Of a stretch of 56,983 nt of DNA, positions 25,701 through 35,264 are shown in pieces. This DNA is from a virus. Lineage: Duplodnaviria > Caudoviricetes. Every line of letters starts with the position of its first letter. Position 1 is the first letter of the stretch. The DNA is taken from the IMG/VR virus record IMGVR_UViG_3300036772_000333, positions 1 through 56,983 of that record; one strand, given 5' to 3'. Below the pieces are notes generated by a model that had not been told where the DNA came from, searched no databases, and worked only from the letters and a program-made list of their open reading frames with translations. A program made the position numbers and the translations under genes.

Positions 25701-26627
25701 GTTCGAGGAGCATGGGCCGGTGTTCGATACGAAGGTGTTATTGACAATCACCACAGGGCCGTAGTTCGAGCCTGAGTTCTTGGTGGTCATCAGCGAGAAG
25801 GCCGAAGCGTAGATGTAGTTGCGATAGAAATAGTATCCCTTCATCCCGCCAAACTCAAAGAAAACACCGTCGTTCGGAGAGTTGAAGAAGGTCGTCCAGC
25901 GGACTGTGTTGTTGCCCGAAGGACCATCCGTGAAGTTGTAGATATAGTCTTCGTGGTCGATGCCATCGTTTGAGATGTCATGGAACGAAGAGTTTTGGAT
26001 GATCGTGTTCTGCCAGTTCGAGGTGCGCACCGTCTCTGACATGCTGCCGGCTTCTACGTGGTCCAAGAGTAGGCCGTCTACGATATTCGTGCTTGGGGCG
26101 ATATTGAATCCGTAAGCGCCGACAGAGCAATTACCCGCAGGAGCGCAGGCAGGGCCAGCCCCATAGACGTAGTGGAGCTCATCGCCGAGGATAGAGCGCG
26201 TGGTGGCTCCGGTGACCGTGTTCCCGCCGCCTGCTGGCGTGGTGATCGTGATGCCCCTGCTGACACGCCCGGAGACAACGTTATAGTCTCCATTGATAAC
26301 GAAGGTGGGCATATTGACCGTTGCGTCGAATGAGGAGTTCCAGCCCGGAGAGGCAACGGGTACGGAGTCCGTCGCAAGGACGCGGTTGAAGGTAAGCTTA
26401 GCGCCCGAAGTGCAGACCTTGGTCATAGGTAGGGCCGTTGTATAGGTACCCCCGGCGATCCAAATGGTGTCGCCGCAGGCTACCGTCGATACATTGATGG
26501 AGGAGAGCGTTGGCCATGCTGCACTCCATGAAGTCCCGGCCCCAGTTCCCGAAGATTGGACATACCAATTCGATCCCATCGCTGGTAGCGTGAGCAACAT
26601 CAAGAGGGGGAGGATGAGTTTCTTCAT
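22752..26627 (-). CDS. Secreted double beta-helix (pectate-lyase-like) depolymerase/adhesin with two CHB_HEX_C/FN3-like repeats, 1291 aa
   Basis: Signal peptide MKKLILPLLMLLTLPAMG|S; WYV...GDT motifs twice; ATPTASP.AGTY...GATICY..DG twice. Confidence 0.75.
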   Translation of the reverse strand: MKKLILPLLMLLTLPAMGSNWYVQSSGTGAGTSWSAAWPTLSSINVSTVACGDTIWIAGGTYTTALPMTKVCTSGAKLTFNRVLATDSVPVASPGWNSSFDATVNMPTFVINGDYNVVSGRVSRGITITTPAGGGNTVTGATTRSILGDELHYVYGAGPACAPAGNCSVGAYGFNIAPSTNIVDGLLLDHVEAGSMSETVRTSNWQNTIIQNSSFHDISNDGIDHEDYIYNFTDGPSGNNTVRWTTFFNSPNDGVFFEFGGMKGYYFYRNYIYASAFSLMTTKNSGSNYGPVVIVNNTFVSNTGPCSSNCAFISDNGSTFTNIINQNNVFYYVSNSLPNAGTGGVITNDHDAYNYTTYGGFSAPTGTGNITYNNSTQNPFVNATGGDAHLLSNSTVLHAIGVNLGSPYNVDPDGNVAPSSGAWDDGAYQFPSTATVATPTASPVAGTYTSIQTITLATTTSGATICYRLDGVAPTATTAGTCDSPAITYSAPFTLSTSTTVKAIGTLSGDINSSVLTAAYVIHLTWYVDPVNGGPRTSTAAPSAASCNGLATTAYNSGGAHNQSCPFADARSLWDDWLNFQNPGVWVMNGGDTVIFKNCTSSSPCQIAGSSNSSAGNPCAGIGTTCTPPALPAGTSTSNLTMLEGEHFGSCHTTQQAFNTTSSLYQYQGADPANTSYLWAGAGAFFAFSVQDTQHIGMACIDLSDHSPCGASGGPSCSGTDWASYGIYSGNSTTPTNSDINLTDMKIHGFQSRGILGNIGGQWNVTRVVIQGNSQAGWDFDPGGSQASNGTVTSSYLGIVFNGCAEEYPVVDAIPFGSGACTSQSTGGYGDGVGTPVTGPINWIADHMFAIYNTQDGVDLGHTHGGTETFTNGFFYGNNGGNIKVGPNTAVNVFNNIIVSGCNRMSAAITGMGSGFNSNLSDYCRAGTANGVNSNTNATLVFNSTSSDYARDISCTATACTSTSGTTGITVGQTLIPDTSDYHTYARTVATKTDNSHWTISSAYPTNPSNTYFVIVPTTPASTTVAKIYHNTLVNYSESFDNQVQTAFPQNQVNPNLGAGYVADYRDNVFIGYGDSNYNSGLTPHMWPELGPSLEDYNTCYNYTAATSNCVGAHDLTISPLVTSQPATPISVESALDNYNMALSSSSPAVSAGIALSGQTTDYLGVAWASTPSQGALQFAGSATVATPTATPPAGIYIGAQSVVLASTTSGATICYTTDGSTPTATTAGTCTHGTAYSGAVPVTTSLTIMALATKSGSTNSSVLTAAYTITTNVTIIVGGKTVFSGNIKLQ

Positions 26628-26634
26628 ATATCTC

Positions 26635-27381
26635 CTAGTTGCTCTTTAGCGCGACGATGAAGCCTAGGCCGAAGTCAGTTGTGGAGAGAGGGATAGTCGC
26701 TGTCTGTGTTCCTGTCGAGGTGACGGGCTTCCAGTAAAATCCGGTGGTATTGCGTGAGGCGCTGGACTGTTGGGTGAAGCCTGCAAGAGCACCCCACGTC
26801 TGTCCGGCATTGAAGACCTGACAGACAGCAATAACCAAGTCGTTTGCATTGGCTGTCGCGGAGGTCGTTCCTGTTGAGCAACTGGTTGAGGTCGTTGCTT
26901 GGATATTCGTTGCCGTCTGATCGGTGAAGGATGAGTTCCACGTATTCGTCGTATGGAACGCAATCGCCTCGATATCGGTAAATGTTCCATCCGCTCCGGT
27001 CCACGTCGCTACCGGAATGTTCGCCCCCGTCGTTGTGATGATGCATCCAGAGATAGCTGTGATGAAGTGCCCAGAACCGTTGAGCTGGAAGGTCGCTGCG
27101 CCGGGAGCAATGATTGCCGTGGGGGTGCAGGAGGCTGTGCCTGAGAACGTGAAAGCAACGGTTGAAGTATTGACCGTGGAGGAGCTTTTCGAGATAAGGA
27201 TCAGCAGATCACCAACCACCCCAGAACCCCCAAGAGTGCAGTTCGTAGTGGCTGCGGAGGCGTTATTGACGCAGACTGCGGAAGACGCCGTGATTGTCGG
27301 CGCGCTCGAACCAAAGCTCCTCCTTCCCGGTCCGGGGAAGGGAACCTGAAGCAACAGCCCGATCATGAGCAGAACTCTCAC
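26635..27381 (-). CDS. Thr-rich fibre-associated protein (248 aa)
   Basis: GTGA overlap with GGAG RBS; two GDLLI/NDLVIAV repeat units; hydrophobic N-terminus. Confidence 0.7.
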   Translation of the reverse strand: MRVLLMIGLLLQVPFPGPGRRSFGSSAPTITASSAVCVNNASAATTNCTLGGSGVVGDLLILISKSSSTVNTSTVAFTFSGTASCTPTAIIAPGAATFQLNGSGHFITAISGCIITTTGANIPVATWTGADGTFTDIEAIAFHTTNTWNSSFTDQTATNIQATTSTSCSTGTTSATANANDLVIAVCQVFNAGQTWGALAGFTQQSSASRNTTGFYWKPVTSTGTQTATIPLSTTDFGLGFIVALKSN

Positions 27382-29258
27382 CGGGTGATACTCCAGTTGA
27401 TCGAAACCGCTCCGGGCGTGATGGAGGAGGCGGTGGGGTTGCACACCTTCAGATTGAACGTATTCGCCGTGGGCCACGTGTAGATCGCCAGGCCCCCGGC
27501 GGTAACAGGGGCATATCCCGTCACGGCGGTGATATCGGCGTTCGGCGTAAAGGTGATGGTATCGGTCGAGGCTGCTCCTGTTGCTGTAGCGGTCTGAGCG
27601 GTTCCGCAGACGCCGGAGCTGATCGCACCTGTGGCGAGTGCGAGAGTTCCGCTGGCGATCGTCGCTGTGCCTCCGGCGCCCCAGGAACATATACTCGGGG
27701 CAGTCGCGGTGCAGGTGAAGAAGGTTTGGCCGGCTGTCGGGGCAGTGCCGGGAAGTTCGATCCGATAGGAAGTCACCGACGAAGGAGCTTCCACCTGTAC
27801 TGAGTTTGCGGGAACGCCACTCGGTGAACTGCCTGCGGTAAGGTCAAAGAAGCCGCTCACTGAGCTTACCGCGCTAAAAGAAGCTGCGGTCACGTTTCCT
27901 GCGCCATCCGTGGAACAGTTTGGATCAACCTTACTATCGACTCCTCCATTGCCGATGACGCAGTGGAGAGAGGTCATCGAGCCGGTTGAAGCGGTGCCGA
28001 TCAGGACGCCGTTGATGTTCGAATTGATCCCTAGATCAACAGGAGCCTGAATGGTCATCGAAGCGAGGCCGGTTCCACCTCCGATGGTCGTCGGACTCCA
28101 GACGAAGTTAGAGGTTGGGCTGGTTCCGGTACCAATAGAGATATTGGCATTCCAGGTTATCTGGCCGACTCCAGTTCCATTCCAATACTCTGCTCCCCAG
28201 GCAATGCCGCCCGAATCGAAGTTGCCCGACGAAGAGGTCGGGTCGGTGGAGGGTCCGGTGATGATGTTAATCCCTACTAACCCAGAAATCACAGGGCCGA
28301 GGAATAAATTGCCGCCAGAGGTATAGACTCCATTGCCGGCATGAATCACTCCCGAAGCGTCTCCACTCGTTCCGTTACCGATAGCGAGTATTCCGGGGCT
28401 GGCCTGACTTAGCCCAAGCGTCGGCGTCGTGCTGATGGCCGAGGCTGATGCCCACCCAAGGATAGAGTTGCTGCTCAAGATCGTATTCGGTCCATTCAAA
28501 CACCAGGGAGCATCGCCGGTATTCCCATTGAGCGAACAGAACTGCCCTGCAATTCCGCCTCCCGCCGACCCAATTGCGAGGAGAAAGTAGTCCGAGGAAG
28601 ACGATGGATTCTGAAGCTCGAACGCCGTATTAGCGAGTGAGTTTGAGGAAAGCCTCATCGAAAGGTTCGAGGCGTTCCCGTTGAATACGTTGGTCCCGAT
28701 AAAGGTCTGATTCGCAGCAAGGAGGGCGACATTCGACGGAACGATTCCAGAGTCTGCGGCATTTCCTGACCCGTTCCCGGCGAGCAGATTCGTTGTGCTT
28801 GGAATACTCCCGCCGCCACCGCTGGCAGCGATGGTGATCATATTCCCGCTTGGCGTAAGAGTTATATTCGACCCCGCAGCCAGTGTCACGGCTCCCGTCA
28901 GGGAGTTGAGCGAAGCCACCCCCGCCGCTGACCCAATCGCTGCCCATTGCGTGGGGCTGCTGGATGGGGAGTGGTTGAGATTCCCCGGCACCAGCGAGAT
29001 ATATGTCGATCCCCCCGAGGTCACGAACTGGCCTGGGAGGTAGGTAACGGTCGAACTCCATGCCCCTTTGTAGGTCTGCGAGAGAGTATCAATCGCATTG
29101 GTGTTGGCGTTGATGGGGATGTCGTAACGGAGATAGTTGAAGGGAATCACGTTGAGGTTGAGGTTCGGGGTGCAGGTAATACCGCCCGTGGGGGTGCAGG
29201 TTTGCGCGGCGGCGGAGCCGACGGAGAGTGCGAGGAGGAGGGTAATTTTACGTATCAA
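27378..29258 (-). CDS. Tail fibre-like protein with signal peptide (626 aa)
   Basis: GGAG then TTG; MIRKITLLLALSVGSAAA|Q; fibre motifs GAWSSTVTY and GVASLNSLTGAVTLAAGSNITLT. Confidence 0.75.
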   Translation of the reverse strand: MIRKITLLLALSVGSAAAQTCTPTGGITCTPNLNLNVIPFNYLRYDIPINANTNAIDTLSQTYKGAWSSTVTYLPGQFVTSGGSTYISLVPGNLNHSPSSSPTQWAAIGSAAGVASLNSLTGAVTLAAGSNITLTPSGNMITIAASGGGGSIPSTTNLLAGNGSGNAADSGIVPSNVALLAANQTFIGTNVFNGNASNLSMRLSSNSLANTAFELQNPSSSSDYFLLAIGSAGGGIAGQFCSLNGNTGDAPWCLNGPNTILSSNSILGWASASAISTTPTLGLSQASPGILAIGNGTSGDASGVIHAGNGVYTSGGNLFLGPVISGLVGINIITGPSTDPTSSSGNFDSGGIAWGAEYWNGTGVGQITWNANISIGTGTSPTSNFVWSPTTIGGGTGLASMTIQAPVDLGINSNINGVLIGTASTGSMTSLHCVIGNGGVDSKVDPNCSTDGAGNVTAASFSAVSSVSGFFDLTAGSSPSGVPANSVQVEAPSSVTSYRIELPGTAPTAGQTFFTCTATAPSICSWGAGGTATIASGTLALATGAISSGVCGTAQTATATGAASTDTITFTPNADITAVTGYAPVTAGGLAIYTWPTANTFNLKVCNPTASSITPGAVSINWSITR

Positions 29259-29291
29259 TGGCAACTCCAATTGATCCGGTAATAGCAACTC

Positions 29292-32200
29292 TCACTTATC
29301 ATTGACCCATGCCCCCGCAACACAAACATAAAAAGTGCTTCCTGTGGTCCCGGCTGTATTGCTGAAGAGCGACCCATTAGCACAGGAGCCGGTTGGCGCT
29401 GAAGCTCCTGTAGTCCAGAAGACTGTAGCCGTGGGGCCGATCTTCGAAGCATAGAGCTGAGCTAGGCCATCTCCAGAGGTAGACCCGTCCGCGCTGATAA
29501 TTCCATCGGTATGCTGGCTGAACCCGGAGGTGAGCAAAGGAATAGAATTTACCGCGAAGGTATCGTTTTGCGTAAACCTGAACCCTCTGCCTGCACCATT
29601 GACGATATCCGCTCCCGCTATCCATGGCCCTGCAACCGAGAACGGACTTACGCCGGTAAGCGGAGAAGTTCTGGTCCCGATATCGTCTACATGGGATGCA
29701 TTGCTCGCGCATGGCCCTAAGTCATAGCTTTGATTTCCTACGAACGTCCAGATTTCGCCCGTTATGCCGGTAGGCAAAAGCGAGCATGAGACTCGGTTGA
29801 GGTTTGTGCCGCTCAGGGTCGCGTTGCCATTACGGATATCTGTAGTCTTTGTCCATGTAGAGCCATCGGGGAAATTAGCCTGTAGCTGGTAGATATACTC
29901 CGAAGTGCCCGGAGTTCCGATAACCGTAACCTGCGGTGTTCCAACACCTAGATAGTTGTCATATCCCAGAGTTCCCGTAGGCTGTCCGGGGCTGATATCA
30001 CGTATTGCATAGGTCTGGACGTTAGTAAACCCTCCCAGGAAAGAGCTAGCGGTAAATATCTCTTCCGGCACAGAGATTGGAATGTGAAAGTCGTTCTCAA
30101 CTGTATTCAGCGATATAAGAGAGTTATTTCCGTTGACCCAATCGTATTGAACAGAGACGTTGTTCCACTTCAACCCGAAGTTTCCTGACGCCAGAGAGAA
30201 TATGAAAAAGTTCTGTAGTCCCGGCTGAGGAGAACTTCCTGATATATTTCCGATGCAAAGCGCACATCCATTGTGAACCGGAGCGGAGTCCATAACAAAG
30301 CCGCCCGAATAAGGTTCATTGCCGGCTAGCTCCACGCCAACAGGGGGATTCATCACGCCTCCAGCCCCGATGACATGGAACTGATCGAACATGTTATTGA
30401 AGACCTTCAGCGCTACCGAGCTTGAGGCAGAGTAATTGCTAAGGTTGATCTCAAGAGCCTCCTGAGCTTCGGCTCCCGGTGTAATCAATTCCATCGACAT
30501 ACGGTTCTCAATAGCTTTGAGAGAGGAGTTAGGACCCGCGTAGAAGTTATCTCCTGCCTGAAATAGCGGAGATAGGTACGAAGTCGCCATGTGCCCTGAG
30601 TTAAGAATTCCTACCGGCTGAACTCCGGGAGTTTGGTCTGCTGTGTTGTAGATTTCTACGGCAGGGAACAGGGATGCCGCCAGGTAGTTGAAAGGAAGAC
30701 GTACAGATGTGGTTCCATCGGCGCAACTTGTGTCAGCCCCGGATTGGACGAGGGAATAAACGCCATCGGTTGAAGAGGTAAAAGGATGTGGCTGCTCTCC
30801 GTTGACGGTAGCGTCAGGACATCCAATGATTCGGATATGGTTTTGCAGGATAATTCTGTCCGCCTGTGGGCCAGCATTGGTATTAATTTGCAGTGTAAGA
30901 ACGCCACCAACTCGCTGTACATTATTGGCAAGATAGGTTCCACCCGCATTGCCTTCTCCAGGAACGCCGGTAAAGGATGCTTCTGTGAAAGCCTGGCTAC
31001 CGTTCTGCGGTCCGCCACGCCATTGCTGGCCAGCCGCATAAACTGCCACGCCAACTGAGTTGTCGCTACCGGATACCAGCACCGGCTCCAGGCTTCCCAG
31101 CGCTAACCCTTGAACCGTAGTCGAGTCTGCGTTCAAACTGATCGCGGTACCGCAAGCCCCGCCCTGAGCCGCAATTGTGGCCGTTCCTGATGCGGGAACG
31201 GTGCGATTGAGGAGTGCGGTAACTACCTGATTACCGCTTCCGTCAGGCGCGGTGATTGCAGTTACTTGAACGCCGAAGGCCATCTGATTGCCGCTAGTGG
31301 CCCCAAGACATAAACGCCCTACTCCATCGGGGGCCGATCCTCCCGATACCGTGAATGGGGAGGTGTTGGAATGCACTGTAAAGCTAACCGAGGTTACAGT
31401 CCCATCCTGCGTAGGAACGTCTGCGGTAGTCACAAGATAACCAATGGCATAGCTAACAGGAATCGCCTCTGTGGCGGTCCCTCCTGAAGATGTGGCCGAT
31501 CCAGCCAGAGCATAGGTCAAAGTCGTTCCGGTTGAGGCCAGAATCGTAAACGTTCCGTTGAATACGGAGTTTGAAACCCCGGCGATATTCACCTGACCGC
31601 CAGGAGTTGGATTCTGAAAGGTCAATCCAGGAGGCGGTGTGAATGTTGCTACAGCCGTTCCGCCTGAACTGGTGATGCTGGTGATGGGGAGAGTAGGAAA
31701 GTCAAAGACGATTGTCGGAATGTAGGGAGATGGGCTATGCGAATCGCCGCCATCGAAACTATGCGCCATCAACTGCAAATCTACAATAGGCTTGCTGACA
31801 TCGATGCCGATCTGTCCAATACCGGCGATTCCTCCACTTTGCGTGGACGGAGCTATTAGATGATAGGAGTCCGTAACCGAAGTGATCGGGCCGAGAAGAG
31901 CAATGGGGCTTCTGAAATGATGCCCTTCGTCATAGCAGCCTTCATCTGAAAAGACCAGCCATCCGCCATTGCAGTAGGTGTAATAGTAGTGTCGGATCTG
32001 ATCCCCGATACCCAACATAAAGGTTTGGGTTGTCGATCCTTTAATTCCTTCACTGACGAAGTAGTTCGTGATGTCTTGAAACTGCGCCAAGGACCATCCA
32101 AAGGAACTGGTATGGGTTGTGGCTGTACCGCCCGATGAAGACGTATTCGCGCCAGAGTTACTATAGGAGATAGAGTTTCCAGAGATCGCCGTGACTGGAG

Positions 32201-33596
32201 AATTAGCAGTATTGAAGCTGGAGTCGGTTACGCCCGCGACTACAATCGGCAATCCTACTTGAGCGAGCAATGGTGTCGCGGTTGTGACGGTAGCCACATT
32301 GCCGGTTCGAGAAACAGCAGTGAGGGCAACCTGTCCTCCCGTCGTCTCTGTCGTCCCGAAATTATGACTACCTGCGGCCCAGATATTGAACTGATAATCG
32401 GGCACCTGTTCGCCTCCCTGGAGAGGACCAGGATTGGGAAAAAGGAAGGCGCTTCCATGCGGATGTGTTGTCTGGAATTGATAGCCAGTGAACGACGACG
32501 GCATGACATTGGTTGCGAACTGCCCATCAGAATTAGCGCGCTTATCGGCGAGAAAAGATGAGACGTTATTCGCTGTCATGGGAAGCATGTTGCCCTGTTC
32601 GGTGTCTCCCGATGTTGGCGGAGTCTCTAGGGTGCACATCGTCAGACTGCAGTTTGCCTGCGCGTTGGCAATACCATTATTGCCACCACCAGAGATGAAT
32701 AGGTCGGTGTTTGATATGCCCTGAAGGATGCCCGTCTGGCAGTTTGTGGTGAGCGCACACGGAAATCCCCCGCCGGAGGTGCTGCTGTTGTAGGTCGCGA
32801 CGACTCCCCAATTTCCGTTCAATGGGCCGTTCAGCGTGACGGATTCGTAATCGTTATTGAGGACATAGCTGCTCTGTCCGGAAATCGTTATTCCCATCGC
32901 GCTTGGGAGGATCGTTACGGTGTGCCCGTCGGCCAGTCCTCTTTGTATCGAGTAGTACCCCTGCACCGTGGGAGGCAGCGTGATGGTGATGTTTTGATTG
33001 TTCGCTTGCGTACTCACGCTGATAAAACTGTTTGCGTTTGTTCTGCCGTCGTTGATGACGAGATCGCTGGTCACAGGCGGGCCGGGAGACAAGAATAGGG
33101 TTCCCGTCAAAACGAGGACCGGTGCTATAAATCCAACCTGTGTCCCTCCAACGACTCCGAATGTGGTCCCGGTAGGCTGGTTGATGATCTGATCCGAGGT
33201 CGGGTTCAGAAGGACATCCCCACCACCACCGCCACCTCCACCGCCGATACAGATGTTCGGGATCGTCGTCGGCGTCATACCCTGCCCCGACATGACAACG
33301 TCGTAGCACACGTTCCCCGACGCGAAGAAGCCGAATAGCGCCGTCTTGGTATCCCCTGTGAATGGGTTTGTGAGCGCCCCTCCTCCGGCCGTCGAGAAGA
33401 TCGTCGATAGCGTTACCGTACCGGTGTTGTATACGGTCACCGTACAGCCGGGAACTGCGCTCTCCTGGTAGTTGGTTGAGGCGAGGCCAGAGACCAGAGC
33501 TTTCGTCGCGCCCTGGGTGCATAGGCCGTTATACCGGAAGTTCTGAGCAAACGCCGGAGCTGTGAGCGCCAGCAAAAGAAAGATGAGGCGCTTCAT
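29292..33596 (-). CDS. Large tail fibre/spike with signal peptide (1434 aa)
   Basis: ATGA-coupled to the adaptor; MKRLIFLLLALTAPAFA|Q; virion-anchor-like TVTVY..GT.TL.TIFS...L.NPFT; C-terminal GASAPTGSCANGSLFS...YVC....W. Confidence 0.8.
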   Translation of the reverse strand: MKRLIFLLLALTAPAFAQNFRYNGLCTQGATKALVSGLASTNYQESAVPGCTVTVYNTGTVTLSTIFSTAGGGALTNPFTGDTKTALFGFFASGNVCYDVVMSGQGMTPTTIPNICIGGGGGGGGGDVLLNPTSDQIINQPTGTTFGVVGGTQVGFIAPVLVLTGTLFLSPGPPVTSDLVINDGRTNANSFISVSTQANNQNITITLPPTVQGYYSIQRGLADGHTVTILPSAMGITISGQSSYVLNNDYESVTLNGPLNGNWGVVATYNSSTSGGGFPCALTTNCQTGILQGISNTDLFISGGGNNGIANAQANCSLTMCTLETPPTSGDTEQGNMLPMTANNVSSFLADKRANSDGQFATNVMPSSFTGYQFQTTHPHGSAFLFPNPGPLQGGEQVPDYQFNIWAAGSHNFGTTETTGGQVALTAVSRTGNVATVTTATPLLAQVGLPIVVAGVTDSSFNTANSPVTAISGNSISYSNSGANTSSSGGTATTHTSSFGWSLAQFQDITNYFVSEGIKGSTTQTFMLGIGDQIRHYYYTYCNGGWLVFSDEGCYDEGHHFRSPIALLGPITSVTDSYHLIAPSTQSGGIAGIGQIGIDVSKPIVDLQLMAHSFDGGDSHSPSPYIPTIVFDFPTLPITSITSSGGTAVATFTPPPGLTFQNPTPGGQVNIAGVSNSVFNGTFTILASTGTTLTYALAGSATSSGGTATEAIPVSYAIGYLVTTADVPTQDGTVTSVSFTVHSNTSPFTVSGGSAPDGVGRLCLGATSGNQMAFGVQVTAITAPDGSGNQVVTALLNRTVPASGTATIAAQGGACGTAISLNADSTTVQGLALGSLEPVLVSGSDNSVGVAVYAAGQQWRGGPQNGSQAFTEASFTGVPGEGNAGGTYLANNVQRVGGVLTLQINTNAGPQADRIILQNHIRIIGCPDATVNGEQPHPFTSSTDGVYSLVQSGADTSCADGTTSVRLPFNYLAASLFPAVEIYNTADQTPGVQPVGILNSGHMATSYLSPLFQAGDNFYAGPNSSLKAIENRMSMELITPGAEAQEALEINLSNYSASSSVALKVFNNMFDQFHVIGAGGVMNPPVGVELAGNEPYSGGFVMDSAPVHNGCALCIGNISGSSPQPGLQNFFIFSLASGNFGLKWNNVSVQYDWVNGNNSLISLNTVENDFHIPISVPEEIFTASSFLGGFTNVQTYAIRDISPGQPTGTLGYDNYLGVGTPQVTVIGTPGTSEYIYQLQANFPDGSTWTKTTDIRNGNATLSGTNLNRVSCSLLPTGITGEIWTFVGNQSYDLGPCASNASHVDDIGTRTSPLTGVSPFSVAGPWIAGADIVNGAGRGFRFTQNDTFAVNSIPLLTSGFSQHTDGIISADGSTSGDGLAQLYASKIGPTATVFWTTGASAPTGSCANGSLFSNTAGTTGSTFYVCVAGAWVNDK

Positions 33597-34597
33597 CGCC
33601 ATGCTCCGATCCCACCCATATTCGCGCGCCCAATCTGGCTATTAAAATACGGCATTCTGCATCCACCCATGTAACTGTTCATGCTGAGGTTATACGAGTC
33701 AACCTGATCCTTATCGATCAACCGCAATGTCTTGAGTCGGGATAGGAACTCCGCTTCTCCCTCTTTCTTCAGTGCGCTGTAGTTGGCACCGGAACCCTTG
33801 GCAGCCATCACGTCCTTGCGCGATTCAGCCCACTCGTAGGCGTAGACGCGCGCCTTGGTGAGAACTACGTCCTGCGTGATCGGATACGGCAGCGTGTCGG
33901 AGTTATTGACCAGGACCGGAGCATCCGCTACATAGTACGTCTGGTAGCTGATCTGCGTTGACGGGTTCGGGTACAACTCATAGAGCATCTGGCCAAAGGT
34001 CGATGATCCGGCACGCATGTCGGTCCCGAGCGGCAGGAGGCTATCGGGATTCGACGTATAAAGCCGAGCCGGGTCCCACTGATTCACATCGCGCCTCGAA
34101 GTCCATATATCCATCGCCCAGCAGTTGAACATGTCAGCCACGTTGAGCCACCTCTTGAACCTGGGAGGAGCCGCGATGTACGCCTGAAACATCTGGTACT
34201 CATTGCCCGCAAGAAACGGCAGCGGATCGACGAAGTTACGGTCTAATGTCAGGATGACAGCCGTAGGGTCCGTCGCGTCCATCGCCACAATGGAGTAAAT
34301 CGAGTAGCCGGTGATACGGATTTGTTGGAGCGTCGTCTGCCAGTACAGGGGCAGTGCCAGCCATGCTGCAGAAGCCACCGCGTCTCCCACGAGAGTGTTC
34401 TGTCCCAGCCCGGTGACCGTAACGCTGCCGGCCGTGGTAATATTCGGTGTCGAGAATCCGCCTTGTCCAAGCTGAAAGGACCAGAGGTTGGAATCCTGCA
34501 CGACGCGCCAAGCCCGGTTGATCAGTGTACCAGCGTAGATTCTACTTAAACCGGGTATAGCCTCAGAAAGTTCTGCTTTCATGTCTAGGTAGGACAT
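33593..34597 (-). CDS. Head-tail adaptor protein (334 aa)
   Basis: LINRAW...WSF; YELYPNP; position after the capsid genes. Confidence 0.7.
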   Translation of the reverse strand: MSYLDMKAELSEAIPGLSRIYAGTLINRAWRVVQDSNLWSFQLGQGGFSTPNITTAGSVTVTGLGQNTLVGDAVASAAWLALPLYWQTTLQQIRITGYSIYSIVAMDATDPTAVILTLDRNFVDPLPFLAGNEYQMFQAYIAAPPRFKRWLNVADMFNCWAMDIWTSRRDVNQWDPARLYTSNPDSLLPLGTDMRAGSSTFGQMLYELYPNPSTQISYQTYYVADAPVLVNNSDTLPYPITQDVVLTKARVYAYEWAESRKDVMAAKGSGANYSALKKEGEAEFLSRLKTLRLIDKDQVDSYNLSMNSYMGGCRMPYFNSQIGRANMGGIGAWR

Positions 34598-34659
34598 ATG
34601 CCCCCCTGTATAATGAAAGAGCGGCTGGAAGGCCGCAATTCCATTCGAGGTGGAATCAC

Positions 34660-35196
34660 ATGCCCGCACCCGTGAAACGTCACGAGGTTTCTCAGCCGCT
34701 TGATCAATCTTACCGCCTTATTCCCCTTACCCGAGGACAAACCGCAATCGTTGATGTAGAGGACTACGACCGCCTGAGTGGGCACTACTGGAACGCTCAT
34801 TGGAATCCTCTCTCCAAGAGCTTCTACGCTGTTCGAAATGTTCGCCTGCCTACAGCCGAGAGACGCTATACCGCTAGCTACATGCACAACGAGGTTATGC
34901 AGGTACCACGCGGTATCGACCATAAGCGATGCGAAGACACTCTCGATAACCGCAAGAGCAATCTTCGTCACGCCAACGCCTCCCAGCAAGGAGCTAATCA
35001 GGCCATTCGCGCAGACAACAAAAGTGGATACAAGGGGGTTTTTCTCAAGGATAACGGTAGATACCGCGCCAAAGTCTTCAAGGACCGGAAGCAGTATGAC
35101 GCGGGAACCCACTCGACCGCAGAAGAGGCTGCCCGTGCCTACGATGCCTTGGCTCGGGAACTTCATGGCGAATTCGCTTGGCTCAACTTCCGTTAA
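34660..35196 (+). CDS. HNH-AP2 homing endonuclease (inverted)
   Basis: IPLTRGQTAIVD.ED, DH...LDNRKSNLR, AP2 motif AEEAARAYD..A..LHGEFA. Confidence 0.92.
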   Translation: MPAPVKRHEVSQPLDQSYRLIPLTRGQTAIVDVEDYDRLSGHYWNAHWNPLSKSFYAVRNVRLPTAERRYTASYMHNEVMQVPRGIDHKRCEDTLDNRKSNLRHANASQQGANQAIRADNKSGYKGVFLKDNGRYRAKVFKDRKQYDAGTHSTAEEAARAYDALARELHGEFAWLNFR

Positions 35197-35207
35197 CATA
35201 AATTCCT

Positions 35208-35246
35208 AAAAAAAGGGGCAGAGCGTTTGTTTACGCCCCGCCCTTT
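35208..35246 (-). terminator. Intrinsic terminator after the head genes
   Basis: GGGCGGGGCG...CGCTCTGCCC followed by T7. Confidence 0.8.
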
Positions 35247-35264
35247 GGCAACTACGAAAGAAGC

